Positions 26,517 through 41,191 are shown, counted from the stretch's first letter. The stretch is 64,000 nucleotides of DNA from Eledone cirrhosa (GCA_964016885.1 OZ024748.1:28024001-28088000); one strand, 5' to 3'. Notes: generated by a model from the letters alone, not told the origin. A program made the numbers and translations.

Positions 26517-26835
26517 ATGATATATATATATATATATATATAAAAACAAATAACGAAACGAAATTAAATTTCGTTTCGTTTGTAACTCACTTTTGTATGA
26601 CTGACGCTTAAACAATTAAGTTAAAAATGTACATCTACATATGCATACTGAAATACTAGTATGCATATGAATACACACACGTATACATATGTAGATGTAA
26701 TAAGTCTTTCACTGGTTACTTTACTGTGAGTAACCCAGCTATTCTGTATGTAAACACACAGACAAACCGGTTTTTAGAGTCATACTGGTTTTCGAGGAAA
26801 CACCTTTCCTCTATTCTCCAGAAAGCCAGACAAGG

Positions 26836-26880
26836 AATATTGAACTAGTTTCGTTGTTGTTACAACTCATCAGCAATATT
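26836..26880 (-). ncRNA. type I minimal hammerhead ribozyme
   Basis: Reverse complement reads AATATTG-CTGATGA-GTTGT(AACA)ACAAC-GAAA-C-TA-G-TT-CAATATT. Confidence 0.8.
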
Positions 26881-27382
26881 TACCTATCTACCGGCCTTTC
26901 TGGAGAATCGTAAAAGCACATATCGTTATATGCTTTTTCTATGAAAATTAGTAGTGGGCAGACTAATTTGCATAGAGTGTGAGTACGCACCGGTTCAGCG
27001 GAGACGATAAAAACAAATAACGAAACGAAATTAAATTTCGTTTCGTTTGTAACTCACTTTTGTATGACTGACGCTTAAACAATTAAGTTAAAAATGTACA
27101 TCTACATATGCATACTGAAATACTAGTATGCATATGAATACACACACGTATACATATGTAGATGTAACAAGTCTTTCACTGGTTACTTTACTGTGAGTAA
27201 CCCAGCTATTCTGTATGTAAACACACAGACAAACCGGTTTTTAGAGTCATACTGGTTTTCGAGGAAACACCTTTCCTCTATTCTCCAGAATGCAAATTAG
27301 TCTGCCCACTACTAATTTTCATAGAAAAAGCATATAACGATATGTGCTTTTACGATTCTCCAGAAAGGCCGGTAGATAGGTA

Positions 27383-27427
27383 AATATTGCTGATGAGTTG
27401 TAACAACAACGAAACTAGTTCAATATT
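27383..27427 (+). ncRNA. type I minimal hammerhead ribozyme
   Basis: Stem I AATATTG/CAATATT, core CUGAUGA, stem II GUUGU/ACAAC with AACA loop, GAAA, minimal palindromic stem III (ACUAGU), predicted cleavage after GUU. Confidence 0.82.
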
Positions 27428-27439
27428 CCTTGTCTGGCT

Positions 27440-27691
<252 letters not shown>

Positions 27692-27692
27692 A

Positions 27693-27900
27693 AGGCGTGT
27701 GGCTGAGTGGTTAGAGAATTGGATTTGCAATCGTAAGGTTGTAAGTTCGATTCCTGGACCAGGTGATGCGAGACACTTTATTTCACGTTGCTCCTTCTAC
27801 CTGGAGTTGCGACCGATAGATAGTATTAGCAATTGGAAAGACCAACGGAAACATTGTTCCCTCGGTCCGATTTGACGAAAGTCGATCGTTCCTTCCTTCA
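27693..27900 (+). mobile_element. second tRNA-derived SINE family
   Basis: A-box TGGCTGAGTGG and B-box GTTCGATTCC in a tRNA-like head, followed by a non-tRNA body. Confidence 0.7.
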
Positions 27901-28061
27901 TATATATATATATATATATATCCACACATATATACACATGCATACATATATACATACATACATACATACATACATTCGTACATAGACACACACATACATA
28001 CTTACATTCGTACATAGACACACACATACATACTTACATACATACATACATACATACATAC

Positions 28062-28301
28062 GGTGGCTGCCAACTCGTTTTCGAGTACGGCCACTACTTT
28101 ATATCTATGTAGGAGAACTCCTACCAATGCTGAACGAGTGTGACTTTTTAGTCCAGCCAGCGACTTGAAAACTCTGGTACAAACACTACACTTGTGACAA
28201 TTATTGACACATAGTGCTGGGCCCTTGGTACCATGTGACGACAAGTGCAGAGAGATCTCCAGATATATAGCAATGCCTGTGCTGTGAAGAACAAGTCAAC
28301 A
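28062..28301 (-). mobile_element. truncated copy of the RTE-derived element at 25398
   Basis: Near-identical in reverse complement to 25538-25550 plus 25625-25853; encodes [23 protein letters not shown]; embedded in (CATA)n. Confidence 0.8.
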
Positions 28302-28680
28302 TACATACATACATACATACATACATACATACATACATACATACATTCGTACATAGACACATACATACAATAGTACCAGTTTCTTTCCGTACCAAATTAC
28401 ACACCAGCCATGATACAAGTTTCTAACCAGTGTTGACATATTGCAAGAAGTCGGACATGTGCCAACCACCACCACCACCACCACTACTTCTGCCGCCGCC
28501 AGCACCATCACTAAGGCGACCACCGCCGCTATCGACACCCCCATATCACTATCACCATCACAATAACAACAACAAAGCCACAAATACACTATAACTACTA
28601 CTACTAGAAACATTTACGAAATGACGTCTCATATATAACCGATGGGAGACTTCTAAGGAAGTTGATTCGAAATATATAGA

Positions 28681-28722
<42 letters not shown>

Positions 28723-29328
28723 CCTCTATCTGATTATGGCATCAAATTTGTTATATATTTATATATTTCCTAGGAATCCTTGAAGTAATATTAGATATAC
28801 CGAGTGCAGAGTCAAAATTCAAAATGATGTTACACTATTAGTAGGCCTCATAATTTCAAACATATATCAAATATTGAAATAAAAAGTCAACCACATAACT
28901 TGGTGTCATATCCAATATATTTGTAATATTACAAGTAATACTGAAACTCATACAAAAATAGCAAAATGAAATTTAGGTAATGAATTCTTCTCAGACATAC
29001 GTGGTGATATTTGTCATTCGATATAACGTGCCTTTCTATATTGCTTAAACTTCTACGAGTCTTTACAAGTAACTTACAATGCAGCTTCTAAATTTATGTA
29101 CCATACATTGTGTAAACATTTCTTATAACAACATATTTGTTCTCTACTTGAAAACTTACGTGATAATAATTGCTTTTGCCATTCGATATAACACACCTTC
29201 AGGTATATATTTTTTCTCCAAAATGGCGGACTGAATACACACGTGCTTTTTTTCTCAAAAACACTTATTTCTGTTCCTTTCTCTTCTCATTCTATATCTT
29301 TCTATTTCATCTATTATATCTCATTCTA

Positions 29329-29364
29329 TCTTCTGGTGAATGACTAGTGTCCGAAACGCAAAGA
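29329..29364 (+). ncRNA. degenerate hammerhead motif in an old repeat remnant
   Basis: TCTT-CTGGTGA-atGAC(TAGT)GTCc-GAAAC-GCA-AAGA; core substitutions (CUGGUGA, GCA) suggest it is inactive. Confidence 0.45.
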
Positions 29365-29646
29365 CTCTTTTCCCACATCAAAACGTTAAACTAATATATA
29401 CACCATCATAGTACTGCGTTGTTTACTTTGTTGTTTCCGTTTACTTTTTGCGCGCGTGCACACACACATATATATATAGGCATGATATATACATACACAC
29501 ATCTGTGTGTCTGTGTGACTATCTGTCAGTATGTCTTTTCATCTGTCAACATACATCAACCAGACTTCTTTCACTGCTTCAGTTCTCCCAATCTACTCCT
29601 ACTACCACCCATATCCCTATCTAACTGCCTACCTTTCCTATCTGCT

Positions 29647-29689
<43 letters not shown>

Positions 29690-29847
29690 GTCTCTCTCTC
29701 TCTGCCTTTCTCTCTCTCACACTCACACATCCATTTCCACTCCCACTACACCTTTCTCTCAATCCACCTGCCCACCTTTCCTGTCTGTCTGCCTGTATAT
29801 CAGTCTGTTAAAGCCTGTTTGACTGTATATCTCTCTCTCTCTGTCTG

Positions 29848-29904
<57 letters not shown>

Positions 29905-30259
29905 TTCTCTCACTCTCCCCTCTTATTCCCCCTCAACCACACCCACTACTCACTACCAACCATACCTCTATCTCTAATTAACCATGAAGTAACCCTAATC
30001 TATAGGAAACACTCGGCATAATCCGAGGAATTTAATTAGACAATGCCGGACTCCCCCCGCCGCCCTCCCCGAACCATCTCACCTCTCCCTCCACCTGACC
30101 AACACATCTGTCCATTCCCTACCTACTTTCTTAATGTCACCACCACCACCACCACCACCACCAGCAACGACAACAACATGAACAACAACAACGATACTGC
30201 CATCGCAGGTTCATTTCAATTGCTCATTGGTCGTTTATAAGTCGTCTCACCGCTTGCAC

Positions 30260-30272
30260 ATGGTGGTGGTGG

Positions 30273-30307
<35 letters not shown>

Positions 30308-30318
30308 GTGATGATGCT

Positions 30319-30349
<31 letters not shown>

Positions 30350-32655
30350 ATGATGGTGGTGAAGCCGAAGATGGTGATGATGATGATGATGGTGATGGTG
30401 ATGGTGATGGTGATGATGATGATGATGATGGTGGTGATGATGCTGATGGTGATGATGGTGAAGACGAAGATGATGATGATGATGATGATGATGAGAACAA
30501 TGGTAATGACAATGATGATGATGGTGATGATGAAAACGATGGTGATGGCGATGATGATGTTGATGCTGATGATGGAAGTTGTGATGGTATGATGGATGAC
30601 AATTATGGTTGTAAAGTTATTGTTGCCGTTAGTGGTAGTGAGAGGGGGAAGAGGGGGTTAGGGTGGGGGTGCTGTTGTTGTTGTTCGTATTGGTGGTGGT
30701 GGTGGTGGTGGTGGTGGTGGTAGTGGTTGTCGAGATGGTAGTGGTGGTGGTGGTGGTGGTGGTAGTGGTTGTCGAGATGGTAGTGGTGGTGGTGGTGGTG
30801 GTGGTAGTGGTTGTCGAGATGGTAGTGGTGGTGGTGGTGGTGGTGGTAGTGGTTGTCGAGATGGTAGTGGTGGTGGTGGTGGTGGTGGTAGTGGTTGTCG
30901 AGATGGTAGTGGTGGTGGTGGTGGTGGTGGTAGTGGTTGTCGAGATGGTAGTGGTGGTGGTGGTGGTGGTGGTAGTGGTTGTCGAGATGGTAGTGGTGGT
31001 GGTGGTGGTGGTGGTAGTGGTTGTCGAGATGGTAGTGGTGGTGGTGGTGGTGGTGGTAGTGGTTGTCGAGATGGTAGTGGTGGTGGTGGTGGTGGTGGTA
31101 GTGGTTGTCGAGATGGTAGTGGTGGTGGTGGTGGTGGTGGTGGTGGTGGTGGTGGTGGTGGTGGTGGTGGTGGTGGTTGTTGTCGAGATGGTGGTGGTGG
31201 TGGTGGTGGTGGTGGTGGTGGTGGTTGTTGTCGAGATGGTAGCGGTGGTGGTGGTGGTGGTGGTGGTTGTTGTCGAGATGGTAGCGGTGGCGGTTGTGGT
31301 GGTGGTGGTGGTGGTGGTAGTGGTTGTTGTCGAGATGGTAGCGGTGGCGGTTGTGGTGGTGATGGTTGTTGTCGAGATGGTAGCGGTGGCGGTTGTGGTG
31401 GTGGTGGTGGTGGTGGTGGTGGTGGTGGTTGTTGTCGAGATGGTAGCGGTGGCGGTTGTGGTGGTGGTGGTGGTGGTAGTGGTTGTTGTCGAGATGGTAG
31501 CGGTGGCGGTTGTGGTGGTGGTGGTGGTGGTGGTGGTGGTCGAGATGGTAGCGGTGGCGGTTGTGGTGGTGGTGGTGGTGGTGGTGGTGGTGGTTGTTGT
31601 CGAGATGGTAGCGGTGGCGGTTGTGGTGGTGGTAGTGGTGGTGGTGGTGGTGGTGGTGGTGGTGGTGGTGGTAGTGGTTGTTGTCGAGATGGTGGTGGTG
31701 GTGGTGGTGGTGGTAGTGGTTGTTGTCGAGATGGTAGCGGTGGCGGTTGTGGTGGTGGTGGTGGTGGTGGTGGTTGTTGTCGAGATGGTAGCGGTGGCGG
31801 TTGTGGTGGTGGTGGTGGTGGTGGTGGTGGTAGTGGTTGTTGTCGAGATGGTAGCGGTGGCGGTTGTGGTGGTGGTAGTGGTGGTGGTGGTGGTGGTGGT
31901 AGTGGTGGTGGTGGTGGTGGTGGTGGCGGTGGTAGTGGTTGTTGTCGAGATGGTGGTGGTGGTGGTGGTGGTGGTGGTGGTGGTGGTTGTTGTCGAGATG
32001 GTAGCGGTGGTGGTGGTGGTGGTGGTGGTTGTTGTCGAGATGGTAGCGGTGGCGGTTGTGGTGGTGGTGGTGGTGGTAGTGGTTGTTGTCGAGATGGTAG
32101 CGGTGGCGGTTGTGGTGGTGGTGGTTGTTGTCGAGATGGTAGCGGTGGCGGTTGTGGTGGTGGTGGTGGTGGTGGTGTTGTAGGTGGTTGTTGTCGAGAT
32201 GGTAGCGGTGGCGGTTGAGGTGGTGGTGGTGGTGGTGGTTGTGGTTGTTGTCGAGATGGTAGCGGTGGCGGTTGTGGTGGTGGTGGTGGTGGTGGTGGTG
32301 GTGGTTGTTGTCGAGATGGTAGCGGTGGCGGTTGTGGTGGTGGTAGTGGTGGTGGTGGTGATGGTGGTGGTGGTGGTGGTGGTAGTGGTTGTTGTCGAGA
32401 TGGTGGTGGTGGTGGTGGTGGTGGTGGTGGTGGTGGTGGTGGTGGTGGTAGTGGTGGTGGTGGTGGTGGTAGTGGTGGTAGTGGTGGTGGTGGTGGTGGT
32501 GGTGGTGGTGGTAGTGGTGGTGGTGGTGGTGGTAGTGGTGGTAGTGGTGGTGGTGGTGGTGGTAGTGGTGGTGGTGGTAGTGGTGGTGGTGGTGGTAGTG
32601 GTGGTGGTGGTGGTGGTGGTAGTGGTGGTAGTGGTGGTGGTGGTGGTGGTGGTGG
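30260..32655. repeat. (GAT)n tract (30260-30600) and GGT-based array punctuated by GTCGAGATG (42-bp period at 30720-31110)
   Basis: Direct observation; source of the poly-T, poly-P and poly-V ORFs. Confidence 0.9.
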
Positions 32656-33324
32656 TATTAACGATGATAGTGGTGTTAATAGTTGTAGCATGGTAGCGGT
32701 AGCGTATGTGACGATGCTGGTCGTATAAGTGTGTGTGTTTGTATGTATATGTGTGAATGTGTATATCTATGAGGGTGTGTGTGTGTATGTGCGTAACTGT
32801 ATGTGTATATGTGAGTGTGTGAGTATGTATGTGTGTTATGCAGACGGTTGAGGTGAATGGCTGTGGGGGTAAGATGCTAATTAGATTCATCGCCTGATGA
32901 GCAATGTACACGGTTTGGTGTTCTTTACACTGGATGGCTTCGGTGGGCACCACTACCACCACCACCACCACTACCCCAACCACCACCATCGCCGTCACCA
33001 CCATCATCCCCAACACCACCACTGCCGTTGTCGTCACGACCATCACACCACCGCCACCACCGTCAACAACAACAACAACAGCAATAACACCTCCACCGTC
33101 CCACCACCAACACCACCATCGCCGCCATAATCACTCTCCACAGTCACCACCACCACCACCACCACCACCACCACCACCACCACAACCGTCACCACCACCA
33201 CCACCACCACCACCACCACCACCACCACCATTCTGATGACGTACAACATACAGAAAGGGACTTGTCTCTGGATTGAATAGGAAATATATATTTTTTTTAA
33301 ATTAAACATAAACAACACAGAATC

Positions 33325-33780
33325 TTGAGTTGCTTAGTTATAATCATTAACTTTGCCTTTCATCCTTATGGGGTCGATAAAATAAAGTACCAGTAATGTA
33401 CTGGCCTTGTGCCAAAAGTAGAAACAATTATAGCTTTAAGAAATAAAATAAGATACTAAATGTTCTTACATGAAAATGCATGAAGCCTTAAGAAAATGAC
33501 TGATACAATAATAGAAATTACATAACTTATTCAGCAGTACAGAATTGACGGAAGTCGTAAGGGAGTCGGGGTTCAAATTCCGCCAAGGTTAGCTTTGCCT
33601 TTTATCCTTACATTGTCGATAAAATAAAGTACCAGTAACACACTGGAATCGATTTAATCGACTTTGCCCTGTTCCAAAATTGTTCGCCTTGTGAACCCTT
33701 ATTTGTTCTGATTGTCTGAGTAAAATTCCCACCAAGATCAGCGTTACCTATTCATCCCTTCTCTGAATAAAGTACCAGTC
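33325..33780 (+). mobile_element. cluster of partial/degenerate SINE copies (about 33325-33428, 33545-33695 and 33715-33780)
   Basis: Family body TTTGCCTTTCATCCTTA..GTCGATAAAATAAAGTACCAGT is repeated; B-box GGTTCAAATTCC near 33570. Confidence 0.7.
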
Positions 33781-34114
33781 GATTAATGGACGTCACTTGT
33801 ATTTAGATATTTTAACTGTGTTTTTATCGGTTATCTGGGGGAAACGGGGTTCGATTCCTAGTAGCGGCCGATGGCAACTTATTTTTCCGTCTTTAAGTGT
33901 CTTCGCCCTATCTTAAACGCTATTTTAACATCTTAGCGCATGAGCACACCACTCTTTATATAGTATTATTATTTTTCAAGGAAGTTGGTTGAGGCTAGAC
34001 GACCTGTTTAAGTTGTTGTTTAAGTATTCCCACTGACAGTTACTGCAACTGTTATTGTTTTTGTTGTGACTTGATGCCTGTCTATCTGTCAGCTTATCTG
34101 TCTGTTTATCTACC

Positions 34115-34185
<71 letters not shown>

Positions 34186-34199
34186 GCAGACAAACAGAC

Positions 34200-34256
<57 letters not shown>

Positions 34257-34748
34257 CCAGCATGGCCTCAGCCGGATGGCTGAAACAGGTAAAAGAGTAA
34301 AAGATATATAACGAATATATTTGTCTATATATGTATATATGTCTGTCCTTAAATATTTCTCATATATCGCAGACAGCAAAATGTCTCTGTATGTGTCCCT
34401 GTATCTGTATCACTGTGTGTGTGTGTGTGCAAATTGTATATGTATGCCTGTGTATATATGTGTGTGTGTGTACGTGCGTGTATATGTCCTTGTATGAGTA
34501 TGTATGTATATATATATATATTTGTTTGTTTGTATTTGCAAGTGTATCTCTGAGATCACATTGTGGTGGCACTGAGGGTGGGGGGCGGGGGGGGTTGTTT
34601 GATGTAGACTGTAGTAAAGCGAGGGTGGGGATGGAGGGGCAAATGAAGTGTAACGACAGACAAAAGCAGTCACGGGGAGGGGGTAGACCAATACAGCAGT
34701 TGAACGGTCAAATCCAACTGGAACAGAACAAATGTCTTCAAGCAAACA

Positions 34749-34789
<41 letters not shown>

Positions 34790-34954
34790 CACACACACAC
34801 ACTAACACAAACACATATACACACACACAAGCATACATACACACATGTACGTGCATACATATGCACATACAAATAGTTACGGTTTCTTAAGTAGGGATGC
34901 ATACCCATATTTTCATGCACGCACAAGCACACTCACACATATACACAAGGCTAT

Positions 34955-35871
<917 letters not shown>

Positions 35872-36147
35872 CATATTTATACATAGATGTAGAAAGAAAT
35901 GTATTTCTCCAGACACCACATCTCACTGACTTGGTCAGCGGCACCACCAACACCAGCACCACCACTGCTACTACCAACACCATCACCAGCACCACCAGAA
36001 ATAACATCAATCAGCTCCAGCATGGCCAAAGCAGTGATAGTTATAAGAGCCAACTAAACTCCAAAAATTAACCAATAAATGTAGCTGACATTATTGGTTA
36101 CACTTGAAATAGTTTTAATTTCACACTTGTACATATATTACTGTCTT

Positions 36148-36164
36148 GGTGGTGGTGGTGGTGG

Positions 36165-36195
<31 letters not shown>

Positions 36196-36616
36196 GGTGG
36201 TGGTGGTGGTGGTGGTGGTAGTGGTGGTGGTAGTGGTGGTGGTGGTGGTGGTGGTGGTAGTGGTGGTGGTAGTGGTGGTGGTGGTGGTAGTGGTGGTGGT
36301 GGTAGTGGTGGTGGTGTTGGTGGTGGTGTTGTTGGTGGTGGTGGTAGTGGTGGTGGTAGTGGTGGTGGTGGTGGTAGTGGTGGTGGTGGTAGTGGTGGTG
36401 GTGGTGGTGTTGGTGGTGGTGTTGTTGGTGGTGGTGGTAGTGGTGGTGGTAGTGGTGGTGGTGGTGGGTCGTCGTTGTTGTTGTTGCTGGTGGTGGTGGT
36501 GGTGGTGGTGGTGGTGGTGGTAGTGGTGGTGGTAGATCGTCGTTGTTGTTGTTGTTGTTGCTGGTGGTGGTGGCGGTGGTGGTAGTGGTGGTGGTGGGTC
36601 GTCGTTGTCGTCGTCG

Positions 36617-36702
<86 letters not shown>

Positions 36703-37545
36703 GGTGGTGGTGGTGGTGTTGCTGGTAGTGGTGTTGGTGGGATGTTGTTATTGGTGGTGGTGTTGGTGTGGTGTTGATGGTGGTGTTGGTGGGGGGTGTT
36801 GGTGGTGGTGGTGGTGGTGGTGTTGTTGTTGGTTGTGTTATTGTTGTTGGTTGTGGTGGTGGTGGTGGTGGTGGTGGTGTTGTCGTAAGTGGTGTTGTTG
36901 TTGGTGGAGGTGGTAGTGGTCGCAGTGCTCTTGTACATAAATTACTGTCATCTTGGCTTGTTGGTTTGTTGTTGTTGTTGATAATGGTGGTGGTGGTGGT
37001 GTTGGTGGTGTTGGTGGTGTTGGTGGTGTTAGTGGTGGTGCTGGTGGCGGTGTTGGTGGCGGTGTTGTGTTGGTGGTGTTGGTGTTGGTGGTGGTGGTGG
37101 TGGTGGTGGTGGCGGCGGTCGGGATGGTATTTGTAATGGTAGTGATGATGGTGGTATTGGAGATGGTAGTGATAGTGGTAGTGGTATTGGAAATGGTAGC
37201 GATGGTGGCGATGGTAGCGATGGTGGTAGTGGTAGCGATTGTGGTGGTGTTGGTGGTATTGGAAATGGTAGCAATGGTGGTGGTATTAGAGATGGTGGTG
37301 ATGGTAGCGATTGTGGCGGTGTTGGTGGTATTGGAGATGATAGCGATGGTGGTGATGGTAGCGATTGTGGCGGTGTTGGTGGTATTGGAGATGATAGCGA
37401 TGGTGGTGATGGTAGCGATGGTTGTAGTGGTATTAGAGATGGTAACGATGGTGGTGGTGGTATTAGAGATGGTAGCGATGGTGGTGGTATTAGAGATGAT
37501 AGCAATAGTGGTGGTATTAGAGAGGGTAGCGATGGTGGTGATGGT
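36148..37545. repeat. GGT/GTT/GAT low-complexity triplet tracts
   Basis: Direct observation. Confidence 0.85.
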
Positions 37546-37979
37546 GCTACAATCCTATAAAGATGGCGGTAAGTTATTCAGTGAGAAGCCATTTTCACAC
37601 TCCAACCTTTCCAATTGTCAATCGTTTTATTCCTGCTCTCCTAACGGGAACCAATCACTTTTCTTCTACGTTTCCTTGTTTTTTATTCATCTTTTCAACC
37701 TGAAAATTACATCTTTTGTGTATTTTCACTGATGTCTGTCCGTCTGTCACGGTGCGTCTCACTTCCATTCTTTTTTCTTCTTTTCTTCCTTTCTTCCTTT
37801 CTTCCTTTCTTCCTTTCTTCCTTTCTTCCTTTCTTTCTGTCTTTCTTTCTTTCTTTCTTTCTTCCTTTCTTTCTTGCTTTCTTCCTCCGCCCCTTCCTTT
37901 CTTTCATTGTTTCATTTCTTAAGTTTGTTTTACTCTCCAATGCTTTGCCACATCTTTCCTTGATCTTCTGCGGTTATAT

Positions 37980-39215
37980 GTTGTTATTGTTGCTAACGTT
38001 GTTGCTATTGTTGCTAACGTCGTTGTTATTGTTGCTAACGTTGTTGCTATTGTTGCTAACGTCGTTGTTATTGTTGCTAACGTTGTTGCTATCGTTTCCA
38101 ACGTCGTTGTTGTTGTTGTTGCTAACGTTGTTGCTATTGTTGCTAACGTTGTTGTTATTGCTGCTAACGTTGCTGTTATTGCTGCTAACGTTGTTGTTAT
38201 TGTGGCTAACGTTGTTGCTATTGTTGCTAACGTTGTTGCTATTGTTGCTAACGTTGTTGCTATTGCTGCTAACGTTGTTGTTATTGTTGCTAACGTTGTT
38301 GTTATTGTTGCTAATGTTGTTGTTATTGTTGCTAATGTTGTTGTTATTGTTGCTAACGTTGTTGCTATTGCTGCTAACGTTGTTGTTATTGTTGCTAATG
38401 TTGCTAACGTTGTTGTTATTGTTGCTAATGTTGTTGTTGTTATTGTTGCTAATGTTGTTGTTATTGTTGCTAATGTTGTTGTTATTGTTGCTAATGTTGT
38501 TGCTATTGTTGCTAACGTTGTTGTTATTGTTGCTAATGTTGCTAACGTTGTTGTTATTGTTGCTAATGTTGTTGTTATTGTTGCTAATGTTGTTGTTATT
38601 GTTGCTAATGTTGTTGTTATTGTTGCTAACGTTGTTGTTATTGTTGCTAATGTTGCTAACGTTGTTGTTATTGTTGCTAATGTTGCTAACGTTGTTGTTA
38701 TTGTTGCTAATGTTGTTGTTATTGTTGCTAATGTTGTTGTTATTGTTGCTAACGTTGTTGTTATTGTTGCTAATGTTGCTAACGTTGTTGTTATTGTTGC
38801 TAATGTTGCTAACGTTGTTGTTATTGTTGCTAATGTTGTTGCTATTGTTGCTAACGTTGTTGTTATTGTTGCTAATGTTGCTAACGTTGTTGTTATTGTT
38901 GCTAATGTTGTTGTTATTGTTGCTAACGTTGTTGTTATTGTTGCTAATGTTGCTAACGTTGTTGTTATTGTTGCTAATGTTGTTGTTATTGTTGCTAATG
39001 TTGTTGTTATTGTTGCTAATGTTGTTGTTATTGTTGCTAACGTTGTTGTTATTGTTGCTAATGTTGCTAACGTTGTTGTTATTGTTGCTAATGTTGCTAA
39101 CGTTGTTGTTATTGTTGCTAATGTTGTTGTTATTGTTGCTAATGTTGTTGTTATTGTTGCTAATGTTGCTAACGTTGTTGTTATTGTTGCTAATGTTGTT
39201 GTTATTGTTGCTGCT
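37980..39215. repeat. 21-bp minisatellite (GCTAAYGTTGTTGTTATTGTT)n
   Basis: Tandem unit with 9-bp GCTAATGTT insertions. Confidence 0.93.
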
Positions 39216-40739
39216 AATTTTGTTTGTGGTAGTGGTGTTTTGATTGGTTGGTAGGTTTTTGTTGTTGCTGTTGTTGTTGCTATTGTTGGTGGTGTTGTTG
39301 GTGGTGTAGGTAGCGTTGTTGGTGTTGTTGGTGTTGTTGGTGTTGTTGGTGTTGTTGTTGTTGGTGTTGTTGTTGTTGTTGTTGTTGGCGGTGGTGTTGT
39401 TGGAGGTGTTGGTGTTGTTGGTGTTGTTGTTGTTGTTGTTGTTGGTGGTGGTGGTGTTGTTGGTGGTGTTGGTATTGCTGGTGGTGTAGGTAGTGTCGTT
39501 GGTGTTGTTATTGGTGGTGTTGCTGGTGTTGTTGGTGTTGTTGGTGTTGCTGGAGTTGCTGGAGGTGAGAAGTGTCGTTGTTTTTGTTGTTGTTGTTGTT
39601 GTTGTTGTTGTAATTTATTTGCTGTTCTTGTGGTTTATTGTTAGCATTGGTTTGGATGTTGTTGTGATGTTGCAGTGTTTGATGTCACTGTTTGCTTTAG
39701 TAATGTCTATTAGCGATGGTTTGTTGCTGTTGTTGTTGTTGTTATTATTGCTGTTGTTGTTATTGTTGTTGTTGTTGTTGTTGTTATTGTTGTTGGGACG
39801 AAAATCTGTTCAACTGAAACGTCTTGGGAATCCTTTTCTTTAGACTGGAATTTTTCATAATTATCACCCCCACGGGCAACATCCCCACCAGTCTCACCAT
39901 TACCACAGTCTCCATCTCCACCAGTCTCACCGTGGTGGTGGTGGTGGTGGTGGTGGTAGAGATAAACAAACCATTGAAGACCAATAGACAGTGTAAACTA
40001 CGTAGCAGATCGGTGACTTTTATTGTTAGTTTATCAGCAATAACATCACTGACATCATCATCATCACTATCACCACCACTGTCAACACCATCATCATCGT
40101 CGTCATCGTCATCATCATCACCATTCTGTGAAACGATGAAGATTTTGCTGCTATTTGTAGCAGAGAGATCGATCACTATAGTCTTCGTCGCCGGCTCTTC
40201 CTTATATTGCTGTTATTTTCCAGTTGTTGATGATGGTGATGGTGATGGTGATGGTAGAGGTGTCGACAGCCACGTCGTCGATGTCAATGTTGACGAGAAT
40301 GGTTATTATTACAGAAGTTTGTTCACACAACTGGAGAAAACATTACTTGTACCTGTAATTGAAAGGGTCACACTTGTCACGGTGAATCTCCATAGGATCA
40401 CGTATCTGTAGAATGCATGTAAATTTTACAAACAGGTTGTTCCATCGATTGCTGGTTGTCAGAACCAGCGGTGGCCCAACACACACTTATTTCCAAGCCT
40501 ATGCGAAACCTGGTTTCTAGACGGCCATGTGGGGTACCTGTCTTCAGCAAGGTGTTCATTAGAAATCTATTGCGTGGTCAAACAAATTGCTACCTTATAC
40601 ACAGATGGCTTGAGGCAGGACAGCAAAGGGTGAAAATCACGTTCGAACTGAGCAGATAACTGTTTGGATATAGAATAGAAGATTACTTGCATAAGATAAA
40701 GAGACCTCAAGAGAGCTTAATTATGTTTTTAATATTTGT

Positions 40740-40935
40740 TTCTGATTTAGGTACAAGGCCAACAATTTGCGGAGAGGAAGTCGATTAAATCGACCCCAGT
40801 ATTTTACTGGTACTTTATTTTATCGATCCCGTAAGGATGAAAGGCAAAGTTAACTTCAGCGGGATTTGAATCCAGAACGTAAAGGAACATAACTATATGC
40901 CGCAAAGCTTGTTTTCCGATCCTCCAACAATGCCG
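40740..40935 (-). mobile_element. tRNA-derived SINE
   Basis: Family body ACTGGTACTTTATTTTATCGATCCCGTAAGGATGAAAGGCAAAG; a diverged copy. Confidence 0.8.
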
Positions 40936-41191
40936 CTTTATGTTTTAAATAATATGACACGTTTCTGAAAGCGTCTTTGCTTTCCAAGACATGTCAGCAG
41001 TTCGAAAACCCTCATCGAAAATGTAAAAAAGGTTTCGGTGGTTGACGCAAATTTGGTTAGCCTCTGGCACGATAAGAATGAACATCGGGTATACACATTT
41101 GTAATATTTGTTTAACGACGTGAAGAAGAAAAAGGGGAATGATCGAGGTTTTGGATACATTTTCCATATTCAAGGAATGAAACTAATATCA

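Noticed and set aside
27693-27770. tRNA gene
   Set aside because: A/B boxes are present but there is no proper acceptor stem, and it continues into a SINE body.
30690-32400. CRISPR-like array (constant GTCGAGATG with variable spacers)
   Set aside because: The spacers are just (GGT)n length variants; eukaryotic context and no cas genes.
30216-33046. Poly-Thr, poly-Pro and poly-His/Ser ORFs
   Set aside because: Low-complexity GGT/GAT tracts are open in several frames by composition alone.
35913-36080. Possible plus-strand terminal exon (TTCTCCAG acceptor, short Thr-rich ORF, AATAAA)
   Set aside because: Partly low complexity, no recognisable homology and no supporting upstream exons.
40950-41010. 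Hammerhead-like string on the minus strand (CTGCTGA...GAAACGTGTC)
   Set aside because: Core mismatch and no stem I pairing.
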